DNA from: Nanobdellota archaeon
GTDB taxonomy: Archaea > Nanobdellota > Nanobdellia > Pacearchaeales > GW2011-AR1
NCBI GenBank assembly: GCA_038046245.1
Contig: JBBSWO010000001.1
Coordinates: forward strand, 12,761-76,760
Reading direction: 5' to 3'
DNA: 64,000 bases
Below the pieces are notes generated by a model. It was not told the DNA's origin and did no database searches. It was given only the letters and a program-made list of their open reading frames with translations. Numbering within the stretch: position 1 is the stretch's first letter; every line of letters starts with the position of its first letter. Position numbers and translations under genes: made by a program. Positions 45,846 through 55,898 of this stretch are shown piece by piece.

Positions 45846-46949
45846 TTAATCCAAAAATTTCCGAACTAATTTTCTGGCAGCTTCTCTTTTCTTCTGATGC
45901 GCTTTCAAAAAATTGTTTATCTTCTCAATTGTTATCGCTTTCAATTCCCCTGTTGTCAATTTTCCAGACCTATAATCCTGCTCAATCTTTTTTAGCTTCT
46001 TATCATCTTCTTCAAACAAGAATTTCAAATACTGGAATGAAACATCAATATCAGGATTTCCGCCAAGTTTTCTATGCTCTTCTAATGTATCCCTACCCCC
46101 GGAAAAAGCATATTTCTTTATCTTTGTTTCAACTTCTTTTTCAGAGTCTGTCAAGGCAATATATGAATTTGGATCGGAGGAAGACATTTTTCCGCCCCCA
46201 AGGCCTGGAATAAAAATATTGTAAGTTGAGCTTAATTGCATAAAAGACGGTTTTATTCTCTGCGAGATATCTCTTGCCAACCTTAAATGTGGATCTTGGT
46301 CAAACCCGACAGGCACCAAAACAGGAACTTTGCCTTCAAACTCAGGAAGTTGAGGGTGCAACATGTCTGCAGCCTGCAACAAAGAAGAAAGCATTTTTCC
46401 AGGACTTATCTCTCCATAAACAGCCTTAAATTCATTGAAACTTGCATGTCTGGCCAATAAATTCTGCAGCCTGTAATAAGCAGAAGCTTTTTTCCCATCT
46501 TTGCTCCTATCACTCTGAAAATAAAAATCACAATTCTTTGGACTTAAACCCAAAGCAATGTAATTCAAAAGATAATCTTCAATCGCGTTTTTCCTGCTAT
46601 CCTCTAAACTCTGACCCCGGGCATTATAAGCCTCCAGATCAGCCACAGCAATATACAATTTAGCCCCAAGTTTCTGGTAAAAAATAAACTGCCGAGCAAT
46701 TGTCAAGTGACCTATGTGAAACTTTCCTGTAGGCATTAATCCTGTCATGACAACAAATGGCTTTTTTGATTTCATGGCTTCAAGAATTTTTTGGATATCC
46801 CTATGTCCAACCACAAGTTTCCTTCTAAACAAGATTTCATCATTGAAAACACTTGGAAGTTCTTTCAAAGGGCTAACACCAAACTCTTTTATCAGTTTGT
46901 CATAATCAACACTGCCCTGAACTTCCCAAGGAGTCACCTTATTTGCCAT
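45846..46949 (-). CDS. trpS: Tryptophan--tRNA ligase (archaeal/eukaryal type)
   Basis: VTPWEVQGSVDYDKLIKEFG at the N-terminus, a HIGH-like FHIGHL, and a KMSKS-like KMSSS. Confidence 0.85.
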   Translation of the reverse strand: MANKVTPWEVQGSVDYDKLIKEFGVSPLKELPSVFNDEILFRRKLVVGHRDIQKILEAMKSKKPFVVMTGLMPTGKFHIGHLTIARQFIFYQKLGAKLYIAVADLEAYNARGQSLEDSRKNAIEDYLLNYIALGLSPKNCDFYFQSDRSKDGKKASAYYRLQNLLARHASFNEFKAVYGEISPGKMLSSLLQAADMLHPQLPEFEGKVPVLVPVGFDQDPHLRLARDISQRIKPSFMQLSSTYNIFIPGLGGGKMSSSDPNSYIALTDSEKEVETKIKKYAFSGGRDTLEEHRKLGGNPDIDVSFQYLKFLFEEDDKKLKKIEQDYRSGKLTTGELKAITIEKINNFLKAHQKKREAARKLVRKFLD

Positions 46950-47043
46950 ATGTAAATAAAATCCTCCAGTTTTTTAAAACTATGCAAAGCCCAATAATAT
47001 TTATAAACAAGTCCTAACTAATTTTCAATATAGAAGGTGTAAA

Positions 47044-49257
47044 ATGAGGAAATTAATAATATTGGTAATATTGGGTGTGATTCTTGTCTCTAGCATATCT
47101 GCAGAAATAATATTTACTGTTCAGCCAAACTCAGTTTACAACCTCGGAGAAATAATAAAAGCCCCATTAACCATAAAGACAACTCAGGATGTCACGGGTG
47201 TCCTGGACGTCAATCTCATCTGTGGCGGAAAAGAAGTAAACTTTTTCAGGAATGGGGTAACACTCTCTGCAGGAGCAGAGCAAAAATTTGACACCTCTTT
47301 GATTTTAAGAAAGAGTTTTATAGGCGACCTTGAAGGAAGCTGTTTAATCAAAGCAGTTATAGATAATGAATACGCCTTAACAAATAATTTTAAGATATCT
47401 TCCTCAATAAATTCCCAAGAAGTATTCTCAGCGCAGGAAATCTCTCCAGGAGAGCCTTTAGTGATAACTGGAACTGCAACAAAGGAGAGTGGCGCAAGTG
47501 TTGAAGGTTTTGTCCAAGCAGAAATCAAAGCACCAAACTCAACAAACATAGATCCTGCTTTGTTGTCTCAGATAGCGACTGTAAATAACGGTGCATTCAC
47601 AATAAGTTTGACGACACAAAAAAACATGCCTGCAGGAGAGTATGGGCTGACACTTACTATTTATGAAAGAGATTCTTCAAACGAAGTAACTAATCAGGAA
47701 ATAAAAGAACTTTCTTTCACAGTGAAACAAGTTCCAACAAACATAGAAATAATCCTTGATAATCGAACAGTAAATCCTAGCGCACAAGTAAAAATTTCAC
47801 CAATTCTTTATGACCAATCTGGATTATATATCTCTTCTCCAATCGACATTGAGATAAAAAACAGCAAGGGAAAGATTGTTGAAAAAACCCAGATAGAAAG
47901 TGGAGAGAATACAAACTTCCTGATTAACTCAAACGAACCTCCATCAACATTCACAATAACTGCAACTTACGGTTCAATACAAAAACAGGCCACATTTGAT
48001 ATAAATCCAAAAGCAGACATAAGAATCCAAACAGAAAACGAAACAGTGACGTTGACAAACATAGGAAATGTCCCCTATTGCAATAAGACAATTCTTGTTA
48101 GAATAGGCAACAATCCTTTGAACCTAAATCCATGTCTTCAGGTTGATGAAGTGCAAAAATACTCTTTGAGCGCCCCGAACGGAGAATACCCAATTGAGAT
48201 AATTGCAGACAATCAAAAAATATCTGGAAGCGCCGTTTTGACGGGAAGCGCAATAAACATAAAAGAGATATCCAACAGCGTTTTAAGCAGAAAACCGTTC
48301 ATATGGATTTTTGTTGTCCTTATTTTTGGATTGATGGCATTCACAGTTTACAAAAAAGGTTACAAAAGAAGTCTCGTTGGAGGTTATGTTGAGATTAAAA
48401 GGAAATCTCCTCCATCATCTTCATCATCGTTATCTTCAAAGCCTTTGGCACAAAAATCAAATCAATCACAACAGTCTTTTTCGCAGCAAAGACAACAAAC
48501 TAAAGAAACTCCTTCGAGAATGGCGTTATCATCTTTAGAATATACTCCAAAATTTTACCAACAACCAATGCAAAAATCAGAGCCAACGAAAAGCATTCCC
48601 AATCAATTGCCATCAAGGGTAAGAAAAATTTCCGCCAATGAATCTCTAATGGAAAATGTTATTACATCAAACATAAGCAAAGCACAACTTTCTCTTTCTA
48701 TTCAGGGACAAAGCCAGACTGCATGTGTTGTTTGCTTGAAAGTAAGAAACTACAATGAATGGAAAGCTAACAGCGGTGTACAAGAGACACTATCAAAAGC
48801 TATTGAAGCCGGAAAATCCGCAAAAGCAATAGTCTATGAAAATCAGGAAAATACTTTCTTTATTCTTGCTCCCGTAAAAACAAGATCTTTAAAGAATGAT
48901 AAGGATGGAATTACTCTTGCACAAAAAGTAAAAGACATACTGAATTATCACAATAGAATTCAAAGACAAAAAATGAATTTTGGACTTTCTGTAAGCACTG
49001 GAAACTTAATAATAAAACTTAACAGGGATATTTTCGAATTCGCTCCTCTTGGAGACACAATGACCAAAGCCAGAAGGTTAGCATCCATAGCTAATGAAAA
49101 TGTTTTGTTGGATGAAAAACTAAGGGCTCTTCTTGCAGGAGAAATAAAGACAGAAAGAGTTGTCGGAGAAGGAATTGTAGGGCACTCAATAACAGAAGTA
49201 AGAGACAGGGAAGAGCACGAAAAATTCTTGAAAAGATTCACAGAAAGAAATAGATGA
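47044..49257 (+). CDS. Single-pass membrane protein: extracellular Ig-like domains, TM, Ser/Gln-rich linker, cytoplasmic class III nucleotidyl-cyclase-homology domain (apparently degenerate)
   Basis: Signal peptide, TM FIWIFVVLIFGLMAFTV. The C-terminal ACVVCLKVRNY...FFILAP...FGLSVSTGNLIIK...FAPLGDTMTKARRLASIANENVLLDEKL follows the CYCc pattern, but the usual metal-binding Asp positions are not Asp. Confidence 0.45.
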   Translation: MRKLIILVILGVILVSSISAEIIFTVQPNSVYNLGEIIKAPLTIKTTQDVTGVLDVNLICGGKEVNFFRNGVTLSAGAEQKFDTSLILRKSFIGDLEGSCLIKAVIDNEYALTNNFKISSSINSQEVFSAQEISPGEPLVITGTATKESGASVEGFVQAEIKAPNSTNIDPALLSQIATVNNGAFTISLTTQKNMPAGEYGLTLTIYERDSSNEVTNQEIKELSFTVKQVPTNIEIILDNRTVNPSAQVKISPILYDQSGLYISSPIDIEIKNSKGKIVEKTQIESGENTNFLINSNEPPSTFTITATYGSIQKQATFDINPKADIRIQTENETVTLTNIGNVPYCNKTILVRIGNNPLNLNPCLQVDEVQKYSLSAPNGEYPIEIIADNQKISGSAVLTGSAINIKEISNSVLSRKPFIWIFVVLIFGLMAFTVYKKGYKRSLVGGYVEIKRKSPPSSSSSLSSKPLAQKSNQSQQSFSQQRQQTKETPSRMALSSLEYTPKFYQQPMQKSEPTKSIPNQLPSRVRKISANESLMENVITSNISKAQLSLSIQGQSQTACVVCLKVRNYNEWKANSGVQETLSKAIEAGKSAKAIVYENQENTFFILAPVKTRSLKNDKDGITLAQKVKDILNYHNRIQRQKMNFGLSVSTGNLIIKLNRDIFEFAPLGDTMTKARRLASIANENVLLDEKLRALLAGEIKTERVVGEGIVGHSITEVRDREEHEKFLKRFTERNR

Positions 49258-50097
49258 TTACTTCTTCCTCTTCTTTTCATCCTTTGATTTAGCAACTTCT
49301 TTTTTGACAATTTCTTTTACTTCGTCCTTGGACATGCTATTTTTTCTCAGCCTTATCTTCTCCATCAAGTTTGAAAACTTAAATCCAGTCTTGAAAATCT
49401 TTAGTATTATTCCGATGATTATAATTCCTATTCCAAAGAATAAGAATTTCAAAAAGACGTAAAAAGACTGGTTAAAAAATACTGAAATGAACTGATAAAG
49501 TGTTTGCCCAAAAAGCGAGAACAAAACGTCAACTTTCAAGACGATTAATCCTGAAACAATCATGAAGGCTCCAACAATAAAAGGAACACCAGTTCTATCT
49601 TTGGCAAAAAGCAAAACCAAAGCCAGCAATATCAGCGAAGTCAATAAGACAAAATAAAGTTTGCTCTGCCAGTAATCATGTGCTTGTTTTGAAGCCAAGA
49701 AGAAAGGAATGTCTCCCTGTTTGAAGCAATTCCAAAAACCACAGGAATATTCGGTGTAATAAGACCTATCAATAAAATTTGCAACAACATTTTTTGCGAC
49801 CGCTTCCTGTCCTTGCCCCGCAACATCGCAAGACACTACAAAGACCTGTCCATTCTCCTGAAAGACATAATCAGTATTATTTTGACAATAACTCTGAATA
49901 ACTGGAAGTCTGTCTTGTATTGACTGAATTCCCCCATAATGCTGTTCAATCTGACCAACAACGATATCTGCAAGATTACTTTTTAAATTCTGATTCTCCA
50001 AAGATAATGTCAAATTCCAGAAAATTGCGGTGGCAAGAATTGAGATAAAAAGCAATATTCCAAAAATTATAAGCAATCCACCCCTTATTAGACCCAT
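49258..50097 (-). CDS. Hypothetical polytopic membrane protein
   Basis: ORF track. Several hydrophobic segments and a Lys-rich tail. Confidence 0.55.
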   Translation of the reverse strand: MGLIRGGLLIIFGILLFISILATAIFWNLTLSLENQNLKSNLADIVVGQIEQHYGGIQSIQDRLPVIQSYCQNNTDYVFQENGQVFVVSCDVAGQGQEAVAKNVVANFIDRSYYTEYSCGFWNCFKQGDIPFFLASKQAHDYWQSKLYFVLLTSLILLALVLLFAKDRTGVPFIVGAFMIVSGLIVLKVDVLFSLFGQTLYQFISVFFNQSFYVFLKFLFFGIGIIIIGIILKIFKTGFKFSNLMEKIRLRKNSMSKDEVKEIVKKEVAKSKDEKKRKK

Positions 50098-50131
50098 AAA
50101 GTGAATAAAGAATTGAGATTTATAAAACTAA

Positions 50132-51019
50132 TCACATTCTTTCCAAAACTTTTATCCTTTCTTCAATTGGAGGATGCGTGCTTCCGATGTTCCTGAAAGG
50201 ATTTGCAAAAAACAATGGAGCAATGGATTTAGCAACTTTTTTCTCAGGAGGAGCGTTATCTTTTTGTATTTTCTTCAATGCTCCAATCAAACCTTGAGGA
50301 TATCTTGTAAAAGCCACAGAAGTTGCGTCAGCACTGTATTCTCTCTTTCGAGAAATTGCAAGTTGCACAAGCTGCACAATTATTGGAGCAAGAATTGCAA
50401 ATATGATTCCAATGACTAAAAATATCAGGTTTCCTTTATTATCACTATCACTGCTCTTAAACCACAAGCTTCTCAAAAAAATCTCAGATATGATTGCAAT
50501 CATTCCGACCATGACTGCAGCCAGAGTCATGTATCTTATGTCAAAGTTTGCGACATGTCCAAGCTCGTGAGCCAAAACTCCTTCAAGTTCTTTCTTGTCA
50601 AGTTTTTCCAAAGCTCCAGTCGTAACACAAATAACTGCCTTTTGGGGATTTCTCCCGGAAGCAAAAGCATTAATCATTGGAGACTCCATAATATAAAGTC
50701 TTGGCATCGGCAGTCCTGAAGCTAAAGTCAATCCCTCAACCAAATCATAGTATTGTTTATACTGCTGTCTTGAAGCTTCCTTAGCTCTAACACTTGCCAA
50801 AGCAATCCGGTCAGAATTATAATAACTGATTAAGATGTAAAGTATAGAGATTATTATTGACAAAATCATTATTACAAAAAAGTACGAAGGATCGGTCGCC
50901 ATGGAAATGACATATCCTAAAATAAGAAAAACAATGAAGATGCAAAATATAAGGAAAAAAGACTTCCATTTATTTTTTGAAATTTGATCACGAAAATCAA
51001 TTCTTTTTATCTCAACCAT
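50132..51019 (-). CDS. htpX: HtpX-like M48 zinc metalloprotease
   Basis: HELGHV zinc motif, downstream E...REYSAD, four TM segments in the typical HtpX layout. Confidence 0.85.
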   Translation of the reverse strand: MVEIKRIDFRDQISKNKWKSFFLIFCIFIVFLILGYVISMATDPSYFFVIMILSIIISILYILISYYNSDRIALASVRAKEASRQQYKQYYDLVEGLTLASGLPMPRLYIMESPMINAFASGRNPQKAVICVTTGALEKLDKKELEGVLAHELGHVANFDIRYMTLAAVMVGMIAIISEIFLRSLWFKSSDSDNKGNLIFLVIGIIFAILAPIIVQLVQLAISRKREYSADATSVAFTRYPQGLIGALKKIQKDNAPPEKKVAKSIAPLFFANPFRNIGSTHPPIEERIKVLERM

Positions 51020-51058
51020 TGTAAAATATACAATAAAAAAGAGTTTTTAAGGTTTAAG

Positions 51059-51520
51059 CTAGGCAGCCTTCAAATTCTTAACAAAAACAATGTCTTCTTC
51101 ATTTTCGTCATATAATGGACCTCTAAAAACCTCTCTGTAATCCAGGAGTTTTAGCAGATTAACAACATGAATTTGCGAAACCCTTGCGTCACAGATTATT
51201 CCATCATATTCCTTTTCGGCTTCAGCCTGTTTCAGCATAAATGACCCAAAATATCTTCTCTGGACTTTAGGATGGATTCTCATATTTTTTAGTTCAAGCA
51301 TTCTGGGCAATTCTTTATGGGGCTGAAAAATCAAATCTCCCACTAAATATCCTCCACTGAAAGCTATTATTCCTTGTTTATATCCTGCCAAAATTTCTCC
51401 AACCGCTTTCCTAACCCAGCCTTCATAGGATGGATAATTCAATGACTGAGACAAAAGAAATCTCTCAAGCCTTGCAACATCGTTCTCATCTTGTATAGAC
51501 CTAAACTGAAAGTCCATCAA
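51059..51520 (-). CDS. GNAT-family acetyltransferase-like protein
   Basis: LKNMRIHPKVQRRYFGSFMLKQAE resembles the GNAT motif A (acetyl-CoA binding). Confidence 0.45.
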   Translation of the reverse strand: MMDFQFRSIQDENDVARLERFLLSQSLNYPSYEGWVRKAVGEILAGYKQGIIAFSGGYLVGDLIFQPHKELPRMLELKNMRIHPKVQRRYFGSFMLKQAEAEKEYDGIICDARVSQIHVVNLLKLLDYREVFRGPLYDENEEDIVFVKNLKAA

Positions 51521-51567
51521 TCTTAAGAAAATAAAACATTAATAAGCATTTGTATGCTCAAATTAAA

Positions 51568-51714
51568 ATGAAACGCAGACCAAACATAAAAGTAATAATA
51601 TACTCAATTATTGCCTTAGGATTTCTGGCACTGACTTTTCTCGTTGACTGGATATTTATAGTCGGTGCAGTGATATTAATGTATATGAATCAAAGAGAGT
51701 TGAAGAAAAAATAA
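51568..51714 (+). CDS. Small membrane protein (48 aa), below the ORF-track cut-off
   Basis: Hand translation: MKRRPNIKVIIYSIIALGFLALTFLVDWIFIVGAVILMYMNQRELKKK*. It fills an otherwise empty 196-nt gap. Confidence 0.4.
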   Translation: MKRRPNIKVIIYSIIALGFLALTFLVDWIFIVGAVILMYMNQRELKKK

Positions 51715-51716
51715 TT

Positions 51717-52268
51717 TTACTCAAAATCAACTTTCACAACTTTCTTTTCAGCTTCTGCAATTTGAAGATACTCTTTCTGCTTTCTTCCATACATTGATGC
51801 AAATATACTTCCGGGGAAAGTTGTGCAAAGGTTATTGAATGACAATATTGAATCGTTGTAGAACTGTCTTGAATAAGCGATCTTGTCTTCAGTAGTTGTA
51901 AGCTCGCCTTGTAACTGTAAGAAGCTCGTGTTTGCTTTTAAGTCCGGATAATTTTCAGCGATTGCGAAAAGCTTTCCTAAAAATCCAGTTAATTTGTCAT
52001 TAGCCTTGACCCTTGAGGGCAAATCACCAGAAATCAAAGACTTTCTTGCATCAGTAACAGCCTTTATTGCAGCCTTTTCATGCTTCATATACCCCTTAAC
52101 GCTTTCTACAAGGTTAGGTATCAAATCAGCCCTTCGCTTTAATTGAACATCTATCTGAGATAATGAATTGTCTATCCTGTTTGAAAGAACTGCGAATCTG
52201 TTGTAATATGATATGAATACGATTATTAAAATCGCTGCAATGGCAATCAGTATCCATAAAAACAACAT
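51717..52268 (-). CDS. lemA: LemA family protein
   Basis: N-terminal TM, YNRF...IDVQLKRRADLIPNLVESVKGYMKHEK, and the C-terminal YNDSILSFNN pattern. Confidence 0.8.
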   Translation of the reverse strand: MLFLWILIAIAAILIIVFISYYNRFAVLSNRIDNSLSQIDVQLKRRADLIPNLVESVKGYMKHEKAAIKAVTDARKSLISGDLPSRVKANDKLTGFLGKLFAIAENYPDLKANTSFLQLQGELTTTEDKIAYSRQFYNDSILSFNNLCTTFPGSIFASMYGRKQKEYLQIAEAEKKVVKVDFE

Positions 52269-52298
52269 ACAAAGAAAAATAAGTCCTACTTTATAAAA

Positions 52299-52802
52299 TT
52301 ATCGAATGGTGTGTTCTCTAAAACTTACTAAAAAATCTCCCCAAATATCAGAATTTTCTTCCATAAACTTTTCTAGGAGATTAAAAGATTCCTGCCTAAA
52401 CGGGCCTTCTCTTATTTTTGGCCAGTGTTTAGCATACCATCCAGCTACATGAGATGACTCAAGATGTGAAGCACCAGCATTAGGGTCAGGACAAGCATAA
52501 ACTATCTCATTAATCCTTGAACTTACTGAAGCGCCCAAGCACATAAGGCAGGGCTCCCAGGTAGTATAAAGAACATTTCTTTTAGATTTATTCTTTTTTA
52601 TTTCGCTAGAATACTTGTACAAAAGACTAAGTTCTGCGTGAGATATCCAAGTTCCATCAACATTAGCAGTATTTCGAGAGGCTCCGATAAAATTTCCATC
52701 AATAGCTAAAACGGCTCCAACAGGAAGATTTCCATTTTTACATGTTAGCTCTGCTTCTTTTAAAGCAAGTTTCATAAAATAATTATCTTGTTCGCTAAAC
52801 AT
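52299..52802 (-). CDS. CMP/dCMP-type zinc deaminase (TadA/nucleoside deaminase-like)
   Basis: HAELSLL (H-A-E) and PCLMCLGA (PCxxC) zinc-binding motifs. Confidence 0.75.
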   Translation of the reverse strand: MFSEQDNYFMKLALKEAELTCKNGNLPVGAVLAIDGNFIGASRNTANVDGTWISHAELSLLYKYSSEIKKNKSKRNVLYTTWEPCLMCLGASVSSRINEIVYACPDPNAGASHLESSHVAGWYAKHWPKIREGPFRQESFNLLEKFMEENSDIWGDFLVSFREHTIR

Positions 52803-52884
52803 TAATCAATTTAAAATAAGAGGTATAAAAACATTTATGTGATTTTTTCCAAAAATTTAAATATAATATCCTCTAACTTAATTT

Positions 52885-53136
52885 ATGGTCAAAAAAGAAA
52901 CCAATATTAACGTACCTCATAAAATGCCTGCAGATTTACAGAAGGCTATCGATTCTATTCCAACATTGAAAACAATATGGAAAGACATCACTCCCCTAGC
53001 CAAAAATGAATGGATTTGCTGGGTCACATCAGGCAAAAAATCTGAAACTAGAGACATTCGTATAAAAAAGGCACTCTCAAAGCTAAAGGATGGGATGCGC
53101 CGACCTTGCTGTTGGGCTGGCTGTCCCCATAGATGA
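52885..53136 (+). CDS. YdeI/OmpD-associated family small protein
   Basis: MPADLQKAI...LAKNEWICWVTSGKKSETRDIRIKKALSKLKDG matches the YdeI C-terminal pattern (P.DL..AL...eyi.WI..AKk.eTR..Ri). Confidence 0.55.
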   Translation: MVKKETNINVPHKMPADLQKAIDSIPTLKTIWKDITPLAKNEWICWVTSGKKSETRDIRIKKALSKLKDGMRRPCCWAGCPHR

Positions 53137-53201
53137 AATAAATAATATAAAGTTTCATGTTTCTTCTAAAAATTTAAAAACATCCTTCAATAATTATACT
53201 C

Positions 53202-53381
53202 ATGGTAAAAGTGGATAAGCCAAGGTGTATTTCTTGTGGGAACTGCATGGCAGTCTGTCCAGATGTTTTCGAGATGGGAAAAGACGGAAAATCCCAGGTT
53301 AAAAAAGGAAAAGAAAAATCAACGCTTCCTTGCGTTGCTAAGGCAATCACAGAATGCCCAACTCAGTGCATAAGTAAATAA
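53202..53381 (+). CDS. Small ferredoxin (59 aa, single Fe-S cluster type), below the ORF-track cut-off
   Basis: Hand translation: MVKVDKPRCISCGNCMAVCPDVFEMGKDGKSQVKKGKEKSTLPCVAKAITECPTQCISK*. It has CxxCxxC...CP plus a distal C...CP. Confidence 0.7.
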   Translation: MVKVDKPRCISCGNCMAVCPDVFEMGKDGKSQVKKGKEKSTLPCVAKAITECPTQCISK

Positions 53382-53429
53382 AATTTTCATCAAAACCTTT
53401 ATTAATCACTTTGCTTTTTATAAAATATC

Positions 53430-55853
53430 ATGGAAAAAGAGGAAGGGTTAGACTTTGTAAAGTGGTTTTCTGAGATGGATAAGAACTCCGGAAAGGTTGC
53501 AGGAGGGAAAGGGGCGAATTTATCCGAAATTTACAATCTTAAAGTTCCTGTGCCACCAGGATTTGTAATAACAGCACAGGCTTATGACTATTTCATAAGA
53601 AAAGCCGGATTGGATAACAAAATAAAACTTCTTCTCTCTTCAATAAGTTATGAGAACACAAAACAACTGGACGAAGTAACTCATCAAATAAGAACTCTTA
53701 TTACCAACGCTGAAATGCCTGAAGAAATGGAAAAAGAAATCATCGAAGCCTATGACATCTTAAGTTTCAAGGATCCAGGAATATCTTCTGGCCCAATACA
53801 TAATATTTTCAAGAACGCGGCAGAGCCGGCATTCGTAGCAGTAAGAAGTTCAGCGACGACAGAAGACTTAGCAGAGGCAAGTTTTGCGGGACAGCAGGAT
53901 ACTTATCTAAATGTCAAGGGAAGATCTGATTTGATAATAAACGTAAAAAAATGTTTCGCGTCATTGTTCACATCGAGAGCAACATATTACAGGATAAAAA
54001 AAGGATTCAAACATGAGCAAGCAAGTTTAGCGGTTGTCATTCAAAAAATGGTAGATTCAGACAAGTCGGGAGTCATATTTTCTAAAGACCCCTCTTACAA
54101 AAATGATCATGTAATTGTAGAGGCTGTTTTCGGCCTCGGGGAAGGAATTGTCTCGGGAGCGGTAACACCAGACACTTATTTAGTCTCTCCAGAAATGAAA
54201 ATAGTTGACAAAAAAATTGCGATAAAGAGAACAGCATACACAAGAGACTCTTCAGGAAATGAAGAGATTGTAAAATTAAAAGATGAAAAATCTAAGTCTC
54301 AGGTTTTGAAAGACCATGAAATAATAAAGCTTGCAAATATTGCAAAACATCTTGAAGAACACTACAAAAAACCCCAAGACATAGAATTTGCAATAGAAGG
54401 GGATGAGATTTTTATTGTCCAGACAAGACCAATAACAACAATTGAAAAACGTATTGAAAACAGGCAAGAAGTCAAAGGGGAAGAAATCCTGAAAGGACTT
54501 GCAGCCTCACCAGGAATTGGTGCAGGGGTTGTAAGGATAGTCCATAATTTGCAAGATCTCGAAAAAATAAAGAAAGGAGACATTATGGTGACAAAAATGA
54601 CAAATCCAGATATGGTTGTTGCAATGCAAAAATCAGCAGCAATAGTCACAGATGAAGGCGGCCTAACAGCTCACGCAGCAATTGTCTCAAGAGAAATGGG
54701 AATTCCTGCCGTCGTTGGAACCCAAGAAGCAACTCATATATTGAAAGATGGAGATTTGGTAACGGTTGACGGCTACACTGGAAAAGTGTACAAAGGAAAA
54801 ATCGGCGAATCTCATTCCCAAGAAATTCTTCCAGTAACAGCAAAAACTCACACGAAATTAAAAGTGATTGTAGACCTCCCACATTTCGCAGAAAGAGCTG
54901 CAAAAACAGGAATTAAAAAAGTTGGGTTAACGAGAATGGAAGGAATCATTGCAGAATCAGGAAAGCATCCAGAATACTTTTTGAAAAAAGGTGATATAAA
55001 AGATTATGAGGAAATAATTTACAAAGGGGTTCATGGGATCGCAAAATACTTTGATGAAATTGTTGTAAGAACCTCGGACATAAGAACAGATGAATATCAA
55101 CATCTTGAAGGAGCTCCGCAACAAGTGGAAGCAAATCCAATGTTGGGAATGCATGGAATAAGATACAGCTTAAAAAATCTTCCAATACTAAAAGCAGAGC
55201 TTAATGCATTAAAGAGAGTCGCAAAAGAAGGGAAAAAAATAGGAGTTTTAATGCCTCAGGTGATTATGGTTGAAGAAGTGCAAAAAGTAAAAGAAATTCT
55301 AAAAGAAATAAATTTCCATGAAGCGAGAGTTGGAGTCATGATTGAAACTCCTGCAGCTGTCCAGATAATAAGAGACCTCTGTGAAGAAGGAATAGACTTT
55401 ATCTCATTCGGAACAAATGATTTAACACAGTATATTTTAGCCATCGATAGAGGAAATGAGGAAGTGCAATACCTTTACAACGAAATGCATCCAGCAGTTC
55501 TTTACCAATTGGGATATGTTATAAGAGTTTGTAAAAAGAACAATGTTGAATCCAGCATTTGCGGTCAGGCAGGAAGTAAAAAAGAGATGGTAAAATTTTT
55601 AATTGAAAATGGAATAGACAGCATAACGGTAAATGCTGACAAAGCCGCAGAAATAGCTGAGGTTATAGCGGAAACTGAAAAATCACTTGTTGCCGGAACT
55701 GACAAAGAGCCAAGACAATACCAGCCAGAACACAAAAGCGAAAAAGAAAAGAAAGAAGAGAGAATAAAAAAAGATATTGAAGCTATCGAAGAAGAAAAGG
55801 AAGAATATCTAAAAGAACATCCTGGGGAAGAGATTTTTGAGAAAGACCAGTAG
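53430..55853 (+). CDS. ppsA: Phosphoenolpyruvate synthase (pyruvate, water dikinase) with acidic/basic C-terminal tail
   Basis: GGKGANLSE ATP-grasp start, the phospho-His swivel TDEGGLTAHAAIVSREMGIPAVVG, and the PEP-utilising TIM barrel (GTNDLTQY). Confidence 0.9.
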   Translation: MEKEEGLDFVKWFSEMDKNSGKVAGGKGANLSEIYNLKVPVPPGFVITAQAYDYFIRKAGLDNKIKLLLSSISYENTKQLDEVTHQIRTLITNAEMPEEMEKEIIEAYDILSFKDPGISSGPIHNIFKNAAEPAFVAVRSSATTEDLAEASFAGQQDTYLNVKGRSDLIINVKKCFASLFTSRATYYRIKKGFKHEQASLAVVIQKMVDSDKSGVIFSKDPSYKNDHVIVEAVFGLGEGIVSGAVTPDTYLVSPEMKIVDKKIAIKRTAYTRDSSGNEEIVKLKDEKSKSQVLKDHEIIKLANIAKHLEEHYKKPQDIEFAIEGDEIFIVQTRPITTIEKRIENRQEVKGEEILKGLAASPGIGAGVVRIVHNLQDLEKIKKGDIMVTKMTNPDMVVAMQKSAAIVTDEGGLTAHAAIVSREMGIPAVVGTQEATHILKDGDLVTVDGYTGKVYKGKIGESHSQEILPVTAKTHTKLKVIVDLPHFAERAAKTGIKKVGLTRMEGIIAESGKHPEYFLKKGDIKDYEEIIYKGVHGIAKYFDEIVVRTSDIRTDEYQHLEGAPQQVEANPMLGMHGIRYSLKNLPILKAELNALKRVAKEGKKIGVLMPQVIMVEEVQKVKEILKEINFHEARVGVMIETPAAVQIIRDLCEEGIDFISFGTNDLTQYILAIDRGNEEVQYLYNEMHPAVLYQLGYVIRVCKKNNVESSICGQAGSKKEMVKFLIENGIDSITVNADKAAEIAEVIAETEKSLVAGTDKEPRQYQPEHKSEKEKKEERIKKDIEAIEEEKEEYLKEHPGEEIFEKDQ

Positions 55854-55898
55854 TATAAATTTAAGAAAATTTATAAACACATTATCCTTCTATAAATC

